DNA from: a virus
Reading direction: 5' to 3' (one strand)
Virus record (IMG/VR): IMGVR_UViG_3300025132_000023
Span: 1 to 64,000 of that record
DNA: 64,000 nucleotides
Position numbers and translations under genes: made by a program. This document shows positions 10,692 through 21,057 of the stretch, piece after piece (within the stretch, counting starts at the first letter, position 1; the number at the start of each line of letters is the position of its first letter). The notes below the pieces were generated by a model, which worked only from the letters and a program-made list of their open reading frames with translations, searched no databases and was not told the origin of the DNA.

Positions 10692-13459
10692 TATTCATCA
10701 AACCTATAATAGAAGATAATATCACTTAGTCCCGGAGATAAAGTAGTTGAAGTAATAGAAGGATTTATCCTGTTTGACATTGCTATTTCATACAATTCAC
10801 CATAAAACTGTGTAGTATTACTTGTGCTTTGCCCTATTTTACAATCTGAAGCATCAAATTCAAATTTATAATTGTTTGCATTAGCATCAAGTATAGATAC
10901 AGTTGCTGACTTTTGTAAAGAATTATTTAAAAATAGTTCTACTTTCCCTGTAGTATCATTATATGTCAAAGTAATTTTATACACCGAGTCTAAATATAAT
11001 GCCTCTCTAGGTTGTGATGCATATAATGTAGTAGTAACATTGCTTGGTTGAGAACTCATTGCTAATACATCACCTGTAATAGATGAAACAGTTCCTACTG
11101 TTTCGCCATTTGAATTATAAATTGTTTCACCAACACCAATATTAGCAGCCTCTCCGCTTTGTAACGTAATGTTAGCAGTATTCAGCGTTTGCCATGCTTG
11201 AGTTGTAAATGATTTCACACTACTTACTTGCGGCCATGTTCCTTGTAATGTGTTATTTTGTTGACTACCTGCTGCCCCAATAGTTAAAGTTCTTGTTTCA
11301 CTACTATTTACTGGGGTAACTGTAATAGAACCGTTATGTCCATCTGTTGCCAAAATAGCAGTTCTTAAATTATTCATTGTGGCTATTCTTCCTCCGCTTC
11401 CAGCAGTTGTAGATATTTGATAATGCACATATCCATTAGCAAGTTGACCATTTGAATAATTTAATCCGCCATTGGCAGTTAATTTACTTCCTTTGTATTT
11501 CTTTTCAAGTCCGTTATCATCATAAATAGAAATATATGAAGTAGTATAAACAATATTAGTTCCTCCTGTCATAGTGGTAAGAGTTAATCCACCTATTGTC
11601 CCGCTTTTAGTAGGAGTGCTATTATTACCCCCCGCCCCTACATTTGTGCAAGTTATTGGTCGAGATGCACCACTACCTGTTACTGCTAAATTTTGATTTG
11701 CTTCTATTACTGTTTCCCAATTAAGTAGTGTATTTGTTGCAGAGTTTCCTAATTTAACTAACTTATAATCTCCTAAAGTATCCCCATTACTTTTTACATC
11801 AGTTGATGTTAAAAACTTATATTTAGTAGTATTTGGTGTTCCGTTATTATCTGTTATTGAAACATATTGGTTGGGGTTGTATAAGTTTACACCACCACTA
11901 AAATCTGTTTTAGTTGCATGAGCAGTTCCACCAGAATTAATTATGCCTGAGGTAAATGATATTGCTAAGTTACCACCTGTTCCAGCAGTTTCTTGTCTTA
12001 AATTAATTACCCCATTAGTATATGATGTATTAGTATAAGCAATTGCTCCATTGTGACCATTTGCATGACTTAATGCTGTTCTAAAGTTTACAACTGTTTG
12101 ATGCTGGGATGTACCATTTTTATATAAAATAACGTTTACAGAACCACTATTTGTTGTAGCCTGTTCACCGTTGGTTGTGTTAGCGTGAGGACTTGCTTTG
12201 TATCTTCTAACAACATCTGCACCACTAGGATTATATGATGTAATTGTAATATAATCATTGATTTCTGTTCCGGGGTTTCCGCCTGATATGTTTGTTATGC
12301 TCCAAAAATTGGCAGTTGTTCCACTACCTAATGTAACATTTCCATTAAATGCAGAAGTAAAGAATGGAACAGTAGATAATGCTTTTGTGCTGGATACTGT
12401 AGTGCCATCGGCCAAATCTAATTGAGAGTGAGGACTAGCCCAACTTACGCTATTTATTGCGTCTGCTAAATTAGCCGCAGTTACGTATAATTCGTTATTA
12501 GTATCATTTGTTCCTTTTTGATAGCCCCAATCACCAGCACCAAAATTTGCTAAGTCACTTAAATCTTCAGAACTTCTTCCGCCGCTAATAGTGTCTCTTG
12601 GATAAAATTTATAGGTGTTTGTTCCATCTGTAATTTGAATATATACGTTATTTGAAGCCGTGGTTTGACCTGCTTCTTGTTTTACTATTTGAAAAGAACC
12701 AGTTCCTACTGCTTCATTTTGATTACATGGCATATTAATACTATCAAAATCAATTTGTCCTGTTGCTTTTACTCCTGTAACATATGCAGGTAAATCTGTA
12801 TTATCTGTAATATTTATGTTTCCTGATGAGGCTGTTGCTTTTTCATCATATGGAATATCAGTATGCCTATTACAAAGAATAGTAGCGGTTGGAGTAACAT
12901 TTGTTGCAGAAGTAGTTATTCTTCTTCTACTTGTAGATATGCCGTCATACCATGCAGTTTCATCATAGTATCCATGCAAAGTATTATGGCTCTTAATTAG
13001 TGTAGGTGTCTCAACGTATCTCGTTGCATTGCTTGCCTGTGGAAAATCTGCCACTATTTTCCATTCAGAAGGTTGATTTATGTTAGTAGTCGTTGTATTT
13101 TCTAAATATAAATGTAAGTTAGTATTATAGAATATTGACATTTTTTGATTATTTTGTGAAGTACCAAACCGCTTATTACTTTGATAGTGAGTTAAATTAC
13201 TTTCAGTTGCGCCTAACCTCGGTGAAGTCTTTTGTGAGTCTAACGTTCCTTGTCCAGTAGTATGACTACCATAGCCGTTTACATCGTAAGGGGTTAGGAT
13301 TGCTTCTAATGTAAAGGAATTTCTTGGTGACCAAACCCCTGCCCTTAAAGAAAGGTCAGTATCAGTAGGGTGCATTTCTGAATAATCTAAATTAATATAG
13401 CCATCGCATAGCATTGGAAACACTAGCGATTTAGTTTCACCAACATATACTCCCGGCAT
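10691..13459 (-). CDS. Tail protein with a split LamG/concanavalin-like domain and internal tandem domains
   Basis: N-terminal SFTLEAILTP and C-terminal ITLTYN...VELFLNN...KIGQ...FYGELYEIAMSN...YYRFDE resemble the two halves of a LamG fold; a Thr/Asn/Gly-rich repeat insert lies between them. Confidence 0.6.
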   Translation of the reverse strand: MPGVYVGETKSLVFPMLCDGYINLDYSEMHPTDTDLSLRAGVWSPRNSFTLEAILTPYDVNGYGSHTTGQGTLDSQKTSPRLGATESNLTHYQSNKRFGTSQNNQKMSIFYNTNLHLYLENTTTTNINQPSEWKIVADFPQASNATRYVETPTLIKSHNTLHGYYDETAWYDGISTSRRRITTSATNVTPTATILCNRHTDIPYDEKATASSGNINITDNTDLPAYVTGVKATGQIDFDSINMPCNQNEAVGTGSFQIVKQEAGQTTASNNVYIQITDGTNTYKFYPRDTISGGRSSEDLSDLANFGAGDWGYQKGTNDTNNELYVTAANLADAINSVSWASPHSQLDLADGTTVSSTKALSTVPFFTSAFNGNVTLGSGTTANFWSITNISGGNPGTEINDYITITSYNPSGADVVRRYKASPHANTTNGEQATTNSGSVNVILYKNGTSQHQTVVNFRTALSHANGHNGAIAYTNTSYTNGVINLRQETAGTGGNLAISFTSGIINSGGTAHATKTDFSGGVNLYNPNQYVSITDNNGTPNTTKYKFLTSTDVKSNGDTLGDYKLVKLGNSATNTLLNWETVIEANQNLAVTGSGASRPITCTNVGAGGNNSTPTKSGTIGGLTLTTMTGGTNIVYTTSYISIYDDNGLEKKYKGSKLTANGGLNYSNGQLANGYVHYQISTTAGSGGRIATMNNLRTAILATDGHNGSITVTPVNSSETRTLTIGAAGSQQNNTLQGTWPQVSSVKSFTTQAWQTLNTANITLQSGEAANIGVGETIYNSNGETVGTVSSITGDVLAMSSQPSNVTTTLYASQPREALYLDSVYKITLTYNDTTGKVELFLNNSLQKSATVSILDANANNYKFEFDASDCKIGQSTSNTTQFYGELYEIAMSNRINPSITSTTLSPGLSDIIFYYRFDE

Positions 13460-13468
13460 TCATATTCC

Positions 13469-14188
13469 TCAGAAAGTTGTATTAATAAAGTCAGAGATTG
13501 CTGTAGATGCTTGAACGAATGTCATATTAAAAGTTATAGTAGGCGTAGCGGCTCCTGATAAATCAGTTCCTACGTCAGTAATAAATCCTTCAATTCCTTT
13601 TATTTCATCGCTCATTGCTTCTATAGCATCAAATGTCCCTTTAGTTTCACCAACAGACCAATCAGGAACATCATACTTTCTATTTGCAAAACTAAATGGT
13701 ATTAAAGGTAATTCATCATGTGGGGTATTTTCATGCCCTGTTCTAATATCAAAGTTATCATCAACCCTGCTAGGCATTAATATAATTAATTTTGATGGAT
13801 TTTGGTCTTGCTGTAAGAAAGAAGAATCTACATAAGAATGTAATAGTTGTGCAATTTCATAACTTGTCATTTTTGCTCCTTTAGCATCTGCACTTCCAGA
13901 CCGCTTCCAAATAGTTTGGTCAGTAATAATGCCTCCTAAAGTAATTTGTTTTCTAGCCATTCCAGCATCCATAACCATAGTAGTTGATTCACCAGAAATT
14001 AGCCCAGAGAAAGGAACCTCAAATGGCATTGTTGTTTTTGCTGTGCTTATATTAAGGGTGTCACAATATAATCCTATTCTATTTGTATGGATTGTGGCCC
14101 CACTTTCCATAGGATTATTCTTTCTTCTAGCGAGTTCAAGCATAACATATACTGGGCCTTCTGACCTAATGTCTTTAATACTTACCAT
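13469..14188 (-). CDS. Distal-tail (Dit)-like protein
   Basis: Immediately after the tape measure gene; 239 aa; RKQITLGGII...EGFITD...TFNMTFV pattern. Call rests mainly on synteny. Confidence 0.45.
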   Translation of the reverse strand: MVSIKDIRSEGPVYVMLELARRKNNPMESGATIHTNRIGLYCDTLNISTAKTTMPFEVPFSGLISGESTTMVMDAGMARKQITLGGIITDQTIWKRSGSADAKGAKMTSYEIAQLLHSYVDSSFLQQDQNPSKLIILMPSRVDDNFDIRTGHENTPHDELPLIPFSFANRKYDVPDWSVGETKGTFDAIEAMSDEIKGIEGFITDVGTDLSGAATPTITFNMTFVQASTAISDFINTTF

Positions 14189-15618
14189 TATGTAAACCTC
14201 GTTGTTGTTGTGCCTGTTCTATTCATTCTAATATTAATCTCTCTTGCTACCTTTGTTGCCATATCTTTTACCTCTGCATCGGACGCACCTATGCGACCTT
14301 GAACATTTACTGTAATGTTTGTTGTATTACCCATCATTCTTTGAGAATCTGCATTAGTATGAACCCTAGACCCTCTTGGTAATGAAACTAATTCTGGGCC
14401 TTTTTCTCCAACAACTGTCATGTCTTCATTAACCGTTCCACCACCTGCTCTAAACTTAAATTTCATTGCCTTTGCAATTAATATTGCAATAACAGAACCT
14501 AAGGCATAGGCTAAAGCAGGTATCCACAATCCTGTTGTTATCAAAGTAACTGCGGCAGCAATTAAATATATTGCGGCATATATAGTAGCAACAAACCCTA
14601 TAAGTTTCTTTAACCCTCCCCAGAATTTATCTTTCATTGAAATTACATTCATAAATATTCCTCTAACAAGTAATTCTATTCCAGCAACAGCAATTGCAAC
14701 AACAATACCTAACATTCCCATAAGTCCTTGAAGTATCCCCATCACTACTTGCCCTAAGCCACCAAAGAATTTAGACCAATCTCCTTGTAATGCGCCAACT
14801 ACCATATTAAAAATGCCCCCTACAATCATTATAAGAGCATCAAAAATCATCTTAAAGTAAAACACTAACATTTTTCTAGTGCTTTGTAAGTAGGGCCAAA
14901 GTTCTTTAATAATAGTAACTATTACCAATATCCCAAATAAAATTACTGTTCCCCAAAGCATAGCACTTGCTATCATTTTTAACATTCCTTTTAGAACAGG
15001 GCCAATCAGTTTAGTAAATGCAGTTAATTTTTGACGTTGTTTAATAAAGAATTTATGAACCGGGTTTTTTGCCATTTCTAATTCTCTTTGATTTAATGAT
15101 TCTTGTAAAAGTCTATCTTCCGCTTCTTTAAGTTGTTTTTGTTGGGGTTCTAATATACCCGTAGTTTTTTTCCTCACATCTTCTTCATAGAAAGCGTCTG
15201 CATCATCAGCAGAAATTTCTCCTCTTCTAACTAACTCCTCTGTTAACATTTTTGATGCTTTCTCTATCGCACCGTATTCCTTAACAGTAGTAGCCGCAAT
15301 ATCTGCAAAGTCCTCAAAGGTAGTGTTTGAATCTAATAGTTTTGGATTTAATGTATCTAATGCATCTGCTAGTTGCACTTGTGCATTAATAGCAGCCATC
15401 ATTTGTTTATTGCCTTTTTCATGTCCTTCATAATACATTGCAAAGGCATCGGTAATAGCCCTAAATTTATTTTGAACTGCCCAGAAATTAGGTAAAATAC
15501 CCGATGCTGAACGACTAACTATTGTCCAAAATCTTGATTTGTTTAGCCCCATCATTACATCTTGTAGGCCTGTTGTTTGGGAGGAAAGGGCTTCAATAGA
15601 AGCGGATATTGAATACAT
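14188..15618 (-). CDS. Tape measure protein (short, 476 aa)
   Basis: Helical N-terminus, long hydrophobic/amphipathic middle, C-terminal RAGGGTV...VVGEKGPELVSLPRGSRVHTN motif typical of TMP ends; follows the tail chaperones. Confidence 0.8.
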   Translation of the reverse strand: MYSISASIEALSSQTTGLQDVMMGLNKSRFWTIVSRSASGILPNFWAVQNKFRAITDAFAMYYEGHEKGNKQMMAAINAQVQLADALDTLNPKLLDSNTTFEDFADIAATTVKEYGAIEKASKMLTEELVRRGEISADDADAFYEEDVRKKTTGILEPQQKQLKEAEDRLLQESLNQRELEMAKNPVHKFFIKQRQKLTAFTKLIGPVLKGMLKMIASAMLWGTVILFGILVIVTIIKELWPYLQSTRKMLVFYFKMIFDALIMIVGGIFNMVVGALQGDWSKFFGGLGQVVMGILQGLMGMLGIVVAIAVAGIELLVRGIFMNVISMKDKFWGGLKKLIGFVATIYAAIYLIAAAVTLITTGLWIPALAYALGSVIAILIAKAMKFKFRAGGGTVNEDMTVVGEKGPELVSLPRGSRVHTNADSQRMMGNTTNITVNVQGRIGASDAEVKDMATKVAREINIRMNRTGTTTTRFT

Positions 15619-15640
15619 CCTATCTTCTATTGAAATTTAA

Positions 15641-15862
15641 TCACCCTCTCCGATTTTTTGCTTTGTCTATTTCTTCGGCTTCTATTTCTTTAACTGCCCC
15701 ATGTATAGACATTAATTTATTTATAGTTCTTATTGGTGTGTTTTGTGCTTCTTCTGGTGTTACAGAAAATGTCCTACAATAACTATATAATAATATTTCT
15801 AATGCTGTTTCAGGTTCAGTATTGTTACCTCTCAAAGCGTTTTTGTAAATTTTTAGTTTCCC
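15641..15862 (-). CDS. Tail assembly chaperone C-terminal extension (gpT-like), read by -1 frameshift
   Basis: The -1 frame from GGGAAAC is open (KLKIYKNALRGNNTEP...) and continues into the 15641-15835 ORF. Confidence 0.8.
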   Translation of the reverse strand, partial: GKLKIYKNALRGNNTEPETALEILLYSYCRTFSVTPEEAQNTPIRTINKLMSIHGAVKEIEAEEIDKAKNRRG

Positions 15863-16212
15863 GTATCATCCCCTTCTAATCCCGTTAAAGGATTTGGTAG
15901 GATGTCCTTTAATTGTCCTCCTACATAGGGTGATAGACGCAAAAGTTCTATCTTTGTCAGAACGGGTTCTGTCTTTTCTACGAAGTTTTCAACCATGAAT
16001 TTATACATTGCATTCATGTCAATCTCCATACTTCCTGTTTTTGGGTCAAGTTTCATAACGCTTGACATCGCTTGCTCCACTTGGAGCCATGTGGGTTCTT
16101 TGACCCACACCTTCATATATTCATCTACATCAGGCGATACCTTGATGTGATGGCATTCCGTGTTAACTGCTGAAAACAGTTTATTCTTATCATTCACTAC
16201 TTGTTTTTCCAT
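15853..16212 (-). CDS. Tail assembly chaperone (gpG-like)
   Basis: 119 aa, between tail tube and TMP, ends in the slippery heptamer. Confidence 0.75.
   Translation of the reverse strand: MEKQVVNDKNKLFSAVNTECHHIKVSPDVDEYMKVWVKEPTWLQVEQAMSSVMKLDPKTGSMEIDMNAMYKFMVENFVEKTEPVLTKIELLRLSPYVGGQLKDILPNPLTGLEGDDTGN
15856..15862 (-). other. Programmed -1 frameshift slippery site G GGA AAC
   Basis: XXXYYYZ heptamer directly before the chaperone's TAA stop, as with lambda gpG/gpGT GGGAAAG. Confidence 0.8.
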
Positions 16213-16436
16213 AGTTTTTATCCACCTACAATATAACTAACAAACATACAAACGTATTGTTAGTGGAATATAAAATCTGATTGTATAATACTTATTAAAA
16301 GCCTCCGCAGAGAGTCATTTTTTGACCCCCTATTTTGCACGACACCCACCCTAGACGGGAAATGCCCTGCTAAAATTTACCTCCATCTCCTAGAAAAAGT
16401 TCTTTTTTCGTTTGAATATCTCTTAAGGGTTATCAA

Positions 16437-18059
16437 TCACAGTATAACCCAGTTTCCATTGTATAAGCAACCATTGTCTTCTAGGGTTCGTGCCGATACT
16501 GCGAGAGCGACTTCTAATGCTCCTTTATCATCTGGGAAAGGAATGTCTACAGAAGTAGTTAAATAGTTATTAAACTTAAACTTAATGTATTCTCCGTTTG
16601 ACTTTGTAAACTCTAACTCAATTAACTTATCAGTTGAGGAAGTATCTGTTGTTTCATCCTGATTCCTTAATTCATCCCAAATAGTCCTGTCTGTTATTAG
16701 CAGGTTAAGGTTTAAATCATAAGTTCTTTGTCCTGCAATATGAGCAGAAGTAATAGTTCTGTCATAGTTTCCTATGAATCTTTGAGCAGTTAAGTTATTA
16801 GCGATTGCTAAAGAACCTCCTTTTACTCTAGCCATTTGTTGACCGTATATCTTAATAGAGCCATCAGAAAACATAAAGGGAGTAATATCGTCTGTGTCTG
16901 TTCCTGCATAATTGATTAAGTTTGTAACACTTGGCACGGCCTTTCTTGGAGCATAATGAGTTTCAGCATCATGTGCTTTTCTTGACATAGCACTTATAGA
17001 TGCCAATACCTCTTGGCCTTCCTCAAAGTTTAATGTAAGGGAGTTAACTTGACAGCCAGTATAAATTCTACTAAACATACTTTCTTTATTGGCATCTACC
17101 TTCCAAGGGGTAACGTTATTCTTTTCTGCTGTAATTTCTAAAGCAAACGAAGGTAAATCACCTGAATCGTTTTCTTTAATATTATATAGAATATCTGGAT
17201 ATATGCCATCAGTAGTGTTTATTGCCTGATAGTTAGTTAATGTGGCTCCACCGGGATATGATGCTAAAGGAGGAAATAGCCTTTTTACTGTTTGGCTTCC
17301 GTTATAATCATCTAATACTCTATGGAATGAAGCATTTGCAGTATTGCTTGTAATATGTGAATAGAAGCGATTAGTTATTAATGTATCTCCTGCTTCATTG
17401 CTAGTTCCACCTAATGAAGATGTAGTGTAGGTCATATCTCCTAAAGCATAATATAACCAAGAACCATTATTCAAAGCCACATCAAAAGATGCTTCTCCTA
17501 GTGTTTCTGCGGCCTTGTATTGATACCCAAAGTTTCTTGTTCCACCCATAGCAAGATTTAGTTGTTTCATTTCTACATCTACAGAAGGTGGTGTAATTGT
17601 ATTAACTAATCCTAACCAATGGTCTGCTGCTAATACTATGTCAGTATCATTTGCAGCAGGTGCAGGTAGTGGCGCACCATACCCATGAATTACTATTTTA
17701 AATCTGTTGTTATTAGTGGTAGATATTTGTTGATTAAAAGTAATTGAGTTTTGACCGTTAGATTTAATCCTAAGAGTTTGAGCAGTTTTACCAGAAATAG
17801 CAACGCCGCCATCATCTCTTTCTGTAATTGTTGCTAGACAACCCTTATACAAATCAGTCACTAATTTTATTCTAGTGGTTGCAGAAATTTTAACTGAGTT
17901 AAAATCAGAACCTGTTATTGTTAATGAGGGCAATGGCCCACACGCAATCAACGTTCCGTTCTTTCCACTTTCATCTATTAACGCACCTAAATCAAATTCT
18001 AATTCAGGTATCATACTTGCAGACAACCCTGCACCTGTGTATACTTCATTGTTTACCAT
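16437..18059 (-). CDS. Major tail tube protein with inserted domains
   Basis: Tube-like motifs (WLYYALG; LPSFALE...RIYTGCQVNSLTLNFEEG; GGSLAIANNL). No sheath gene is nearby, so the tail is probably non-contractile. Confidence 0.75.
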   Translation of the reverse strand: MVNNEVYTGAGLSASMIPELEFDLGALIDESGKNGTLIACGPLPSLTITGSDFNSVKISATTRIKLVTDLYKGCLATITERDDGGVAISGKTAQTLRIKSNGQNSITFNQQISTTNNNRFKIVIHGYGAPLPAPAANDTDIVLAADHWLGLVNTITPPSVDVEMKQLNLAMGGTRNFGYQYKAAETLGEASFDVALNNGSWLYYALGDMTYTTSSLGGTSNEAGDTLITNRFYSHITSNTANASFHRVLDDYNGSQTVKRLFPPLASYPGGATLTNYQAINTTDGIYPDILYNIKENDSGDLPSFALEITAEKNNVTPWKVDANKESMFSRIYTGCQVNSLTLNFEEGQEVLASISAMSRKAHDAETHYAPRKAVPSVTNLINYAGTDTDDITPFMFSDGSIKIYGQQMARVKGGSLAIANNLTAQRFIGNYDRTITSAHIAGQRTYDLNLNLLITDRTIWDELRNQDETTDTSSTDKLIELEFTKSNGEYIKFKFNNYLTTSVDIPFPDDKGALEVALAVSARTLEDNGCLYNGNWVIL

Positions 18060-18070
18060 TTAATCACCCA

Positions 18071-18616
18071 CTAACTTACAATTGTTCTTCCAAACCTTTT
18101 CATATTAACAGTCAATTTATATCCCAACAACCGCTTATTTCTGTCATTGGCATCGCTTCTGCCTGTAATTTCTAATAACTCAGCACTATCACCAGAACTT
18201 ATTGTTGGTCTTAGCCCCTTCTTCTCTATGATGTAACGGACGATTTGATATAAACTTTGTAGTCGTGTGCTTGCAAATGTTAGGTCGGCTTGTCCTTTAG
18301 GTTGTAATGTTCTAATATGTAACGTAAATGTGTATTCTTCATTTCTAACAGACCAATCAATAGTAGGATGAGTAATGCTTGCTGAATCCTCATAAAACAA
18401 TATGATGTCTGTTGAATCTAAATCTACTCTTCTTCCTTGATTTGGAGTAAAATTTTTAATATCAATTAAAAGAGGCTTTGCTCTATGTGAAGATGTTCCC
18501 GGACAATTATCTCCAAAGGCATTAATTTCCCCATTGGCGGCATTACCGTCAACATCAACGGTTGCATTTGTCCAATTCTCATCAATAAGATTCATGATGA
18601 AAGAGAGTTCAGCCAT
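18071..18616 (-). CDS. Tail terminator / tail completion protein
   Basis: 181 aa, immediately upstream of the tail tube gene; alternating beta/alpha pattern. Synteny-based. Confidence 0.5.
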   Translation of the reverse strand: MAELSFIMNLIDENWTNATVDVDGNAANGEINAFGDNCPGTSSHRAKPLLIDIKNFTPNQGRRVDLDSTDIILFYEDSASITHPTIDWSVRNEEYTFTLHIRTLQPKGQADLTFASTRLQSLYQIVRYIIEKKGLRPTISSGDSAELLEITGRSDANDRNKRLLGYKLTVNMKRFGRTIVS

Positions 18617-18828
18617 TCTTTTTCCTCCTTACTTACTGCATATTCAAATTTTCTAAAGAAGTTATCTGCTGCATTATCTAATACCATGTCGTTATCTGCT
18701 GCTAAATCTTCTAAGCCCTGTAAAGCGAGTATCTCTTTTTCTATTTCTGCTCTTTCTTGTTCAATCTTTAATATCTTCTGAAACTCAAAAATAAGATTTT
18801 TCATTTCGCCCATATTATCACTAATCAA
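18592..18828 (-). CDS. Hypothetical protein (neck region)
   Basis: ORF fills the gap in the operon; the real start may be 18813. Confidence 0.5.
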   Translation of the reverse strand: MISDNMGEMKNLIFEFQKILKIEQERAEIEKEILALQGLEDLAADNDMVLDNAADNFFRKFEYAVSKEEKEWLNSLSS

Positions 18829-19957
18829 TTAAATGAAGTAACTGTTTCTTACCGTCTATTATCTGTTTGGCTTCTTCAACAAGTATATCATGCTTAGTCT
18901 TTAGGTCAATGTTAGCACCTGTTTCAGCAATTAATACTGTGTTATCATCGTGTAATAGCACTTCTGCTGCTACCATCTTTGTTGCTGCTTCGTGAATTGC
19001 CGCCGGAACCCTGCTTCCACCAATTTGATAAGTGACTTTTATTGCGTTGTTTTGAAGATAGGGCCAATTATTTCTAAAATAAATTCTGCCTTCTTCCTTA
19101 ATATCCCACCACTCTTCTCTTCTTCCGTAGGATTCTTTGTCTTCAAAAGAAATAGTGTTTATTTTTGTTAGAGTAGAACCTTGCCATTCCTCAATCGTGC
19201 ATATTGTTCCTGCGTCAGAAGGAAGTAGTGAAGAAATTTTAACCTTTGTTCCGTCATGGCTTGGGGAAGCATAAAAGAAATCGGAGATATTTTTGCCTGT
19301 ATGGTTTCCTCCACCATCTCCTGTATCGTTTTCTCCTGCAATAGTCTTAGGTTGGGTTTCCCCTGTGAATCCTGCGGTCTTTGTTGGGAACTTTTCATTG
19401 ATTGCATCGCATATTTGCAATACTGTTGTCTTTTGCCCTAAATGATTATAAAAACCATTAGCAACATTTCTGGGCACATTGAATCTTATTGTATTTGCTG
19501 CGCCCGGAGTTCCTACATAAAAGATATATTTATGGTTTTCAGTTGTAGTAGTTGGAGTTAATGTTGCCATAGCAGAAGCAATGTCTTGATATGAGTCACC
19601 TTTCCAAACTTCTAATCTAACTATTTTTCTAATGTTAGTAAATATTAATTGAATAAAACCAATATAATCTTTCCAATGTGATACAGGATACATAACATCT
19701 CTTGTTGCAATAAAATCATGGTGTTCTTTTTCTATAATTTCTGGTCTAAATGAAGTTTTAATACTATCATCTATTTTTCCTTCAACTCTTTTAATTATCT
19801 TTCCTACTTCTACATTTGTTGGGCTTGTCGCACCAGTAAATGTTTGACATTGTAACAATGCTGTTACATCTGAATGGGTAGTATAATACCCAAAACCAGT
19901 TCCATAATCTACCGCCTGTGATTGTGTGAAATCACTATCTGACTTTAATTTACTCAT
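18821..19957 (-). CDS. Head-tail adaptor protein with a central insertion
   Basis: N-terminal YTTHSDVTALL...IIKRVEGKID and C-terminal IKVTYQIG...VPAAIHEAATKMVA are typical of gp6/gp15-like adaptors. Confidence 0.65.
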   Translation of the reverse strand: MSKLKSDSDFTQSQAVDYGTGFGYYTTHSDVTALLQCQTFTGATSPTNVEVGKIIKRVEGKIDDSIKTSFRPEIIEKEHHDFIATRDVMYPVSHWKDYIGFIQLIFTNIRKIVRLEVWKGDSYQDIASAMATLTPTTTTENHKYIFYVGTPGAANTIRFNVPRNVANGFYNHLGQKTTVLQICDAINEKFPTKTAGFTGETQPKTIAGENDTGDGGGNHTGKNISDFFYASPSHDGTKVKISSLLPSDAGTICTIEEWQGSTLTKINTISFEDKESYGRREEWWDIKEEGRIYFRNNWPYLQNNAIKVTYQIGGSRVPAAIHEAATKMVAAEVLLHDDNTVLIAETGANIDLKTKHDILVEEAKQIIDGKKQLLHLID

Positions 19958-21057
19958 CTACTCATCCACCTTCTTATTTTTGACATTTGCCTTTTAATAT
20001 AAGAAACTATTGTTACGCTTTGGGTTCTATAAAAACGAGCCTGTCCACCTTCTTCTAATCCTTTACGGCTTCTCGGTTCTCCCCATTCTGGATTAATATC
20101 TTTGTGTCCACTTAGAACATATTTCTTTTGCCTCTTCCATTGTCTTGACTTCTCAGGAGAACGTTCTACCATGTTTCTGAAACGATATTCTTTTGTGACC
20201 TTAAAATCTATATCATTTAATCTATAGACACCAAGAGATTCAGCGAGGAAAGGATTGTTTTTGAGATATTTTGCGTCACCAAATTGAGCCTCCATCTCCA
20301 ATGTTAAAACACCTACCTTAGTAGGAATAATTGCGTTGTCTATTTCTGCTGCAATATCTTTTACTTTCATTAAATTATCCCAATCTAAATCTAATTTTGT
20401 ATCTCCAGCCTCTGGGGTTCTATTTCCAAAAAATCTTCTTTCTGGGTAAGGTGATTTTTTAGGAGCATGAACGATAGGCTTTGTGTTTCTAACTTTTTGA
20501 GACTCTCTTAATTTTTTTGAATGGCCTTTTTTACCAAAGGCTAATAGTATTTCTGATTCAAAAGCATTAGGCTTTTTCTTGTCACCCTCTACTTCAATGT
20601 GGTCAATAACAAATTTGGCTTCTGCTTCACTATATGGTTTAATGTCTGGGAATTTAAACTTAGGTTCGCCTGTGTCTGGGTCTAAAACTTTCTCTCCTTT
20701 ACTGTTAACTACACCATATACCATGTTTCTAACAGTAGTAATACTAATAACACCTGTTTGATAAGCGTATTCAATTATATCTAAATCTCTATCACTTAGT
20801 TCAACATCTCCTGCAAACCCGCCTTCTCTTTCTATTAGTTTATTAAGTGCTCTCTTAGTATTAACCTTAAGCCACATTTTTTCATCTTTGCCAGTAAAGT
20901 CTTTCCATCCTTTAGGATACCATGATGCAGAAATTGCAGTTACATCAGGTAGTTCTCTTTTATAATCTGGGTTTAGTGACCCATCATCAGGGTTTACAAC
21001 GTCCTTAAGTTCTTTTAATACTTGCATATTTAATCCCCCGTAAATAAACTTACCCAT
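19954..21057 (-). CDS. Hypothetical protein
   Basis: 367-aa ORF in the operon; the real start is probably 21027. Confidence 0.6.
   Translation of the reverse strand: MGKFIYGGLNMQVLKELKDVVNPDDGSLNPDYKRELPDVTAISASWYPKGWKDFTGKDEKMWLKVNTKRALNKLIEREGGFAGDVELSDRDLDIIEYAYQTGVISITTVRNMVYGVVNSKGEKVLDPDTGEPKFKFPDIKPYSEAEAKFVIDHIEVEGDKKKPNAFESEILLAFGKKGHSKKLRESQKVRNTKPIVHAPKKSPYPERRFFGNRTPEAGDTKLDLDWDNLMKVKDIAAEIDNAIIPTKVGVLTLEMEAQFGDAKYLKNNPFLAESLGVYRLNDIDFKVTKEYRFRNMVERSPEKSRQWKRQKKYVLSGHKDINPEWGEPRSRKGLEEGGQARFYRTQSVTIVSYIKRQMSKIRRWMSR

Noticed and set aside
16437-18059. Tail sheath (contractile tail)
   Set aside because: The motifs match tube proteins, and it is directly followed by the chaperone and TMP with no separate tube gene.
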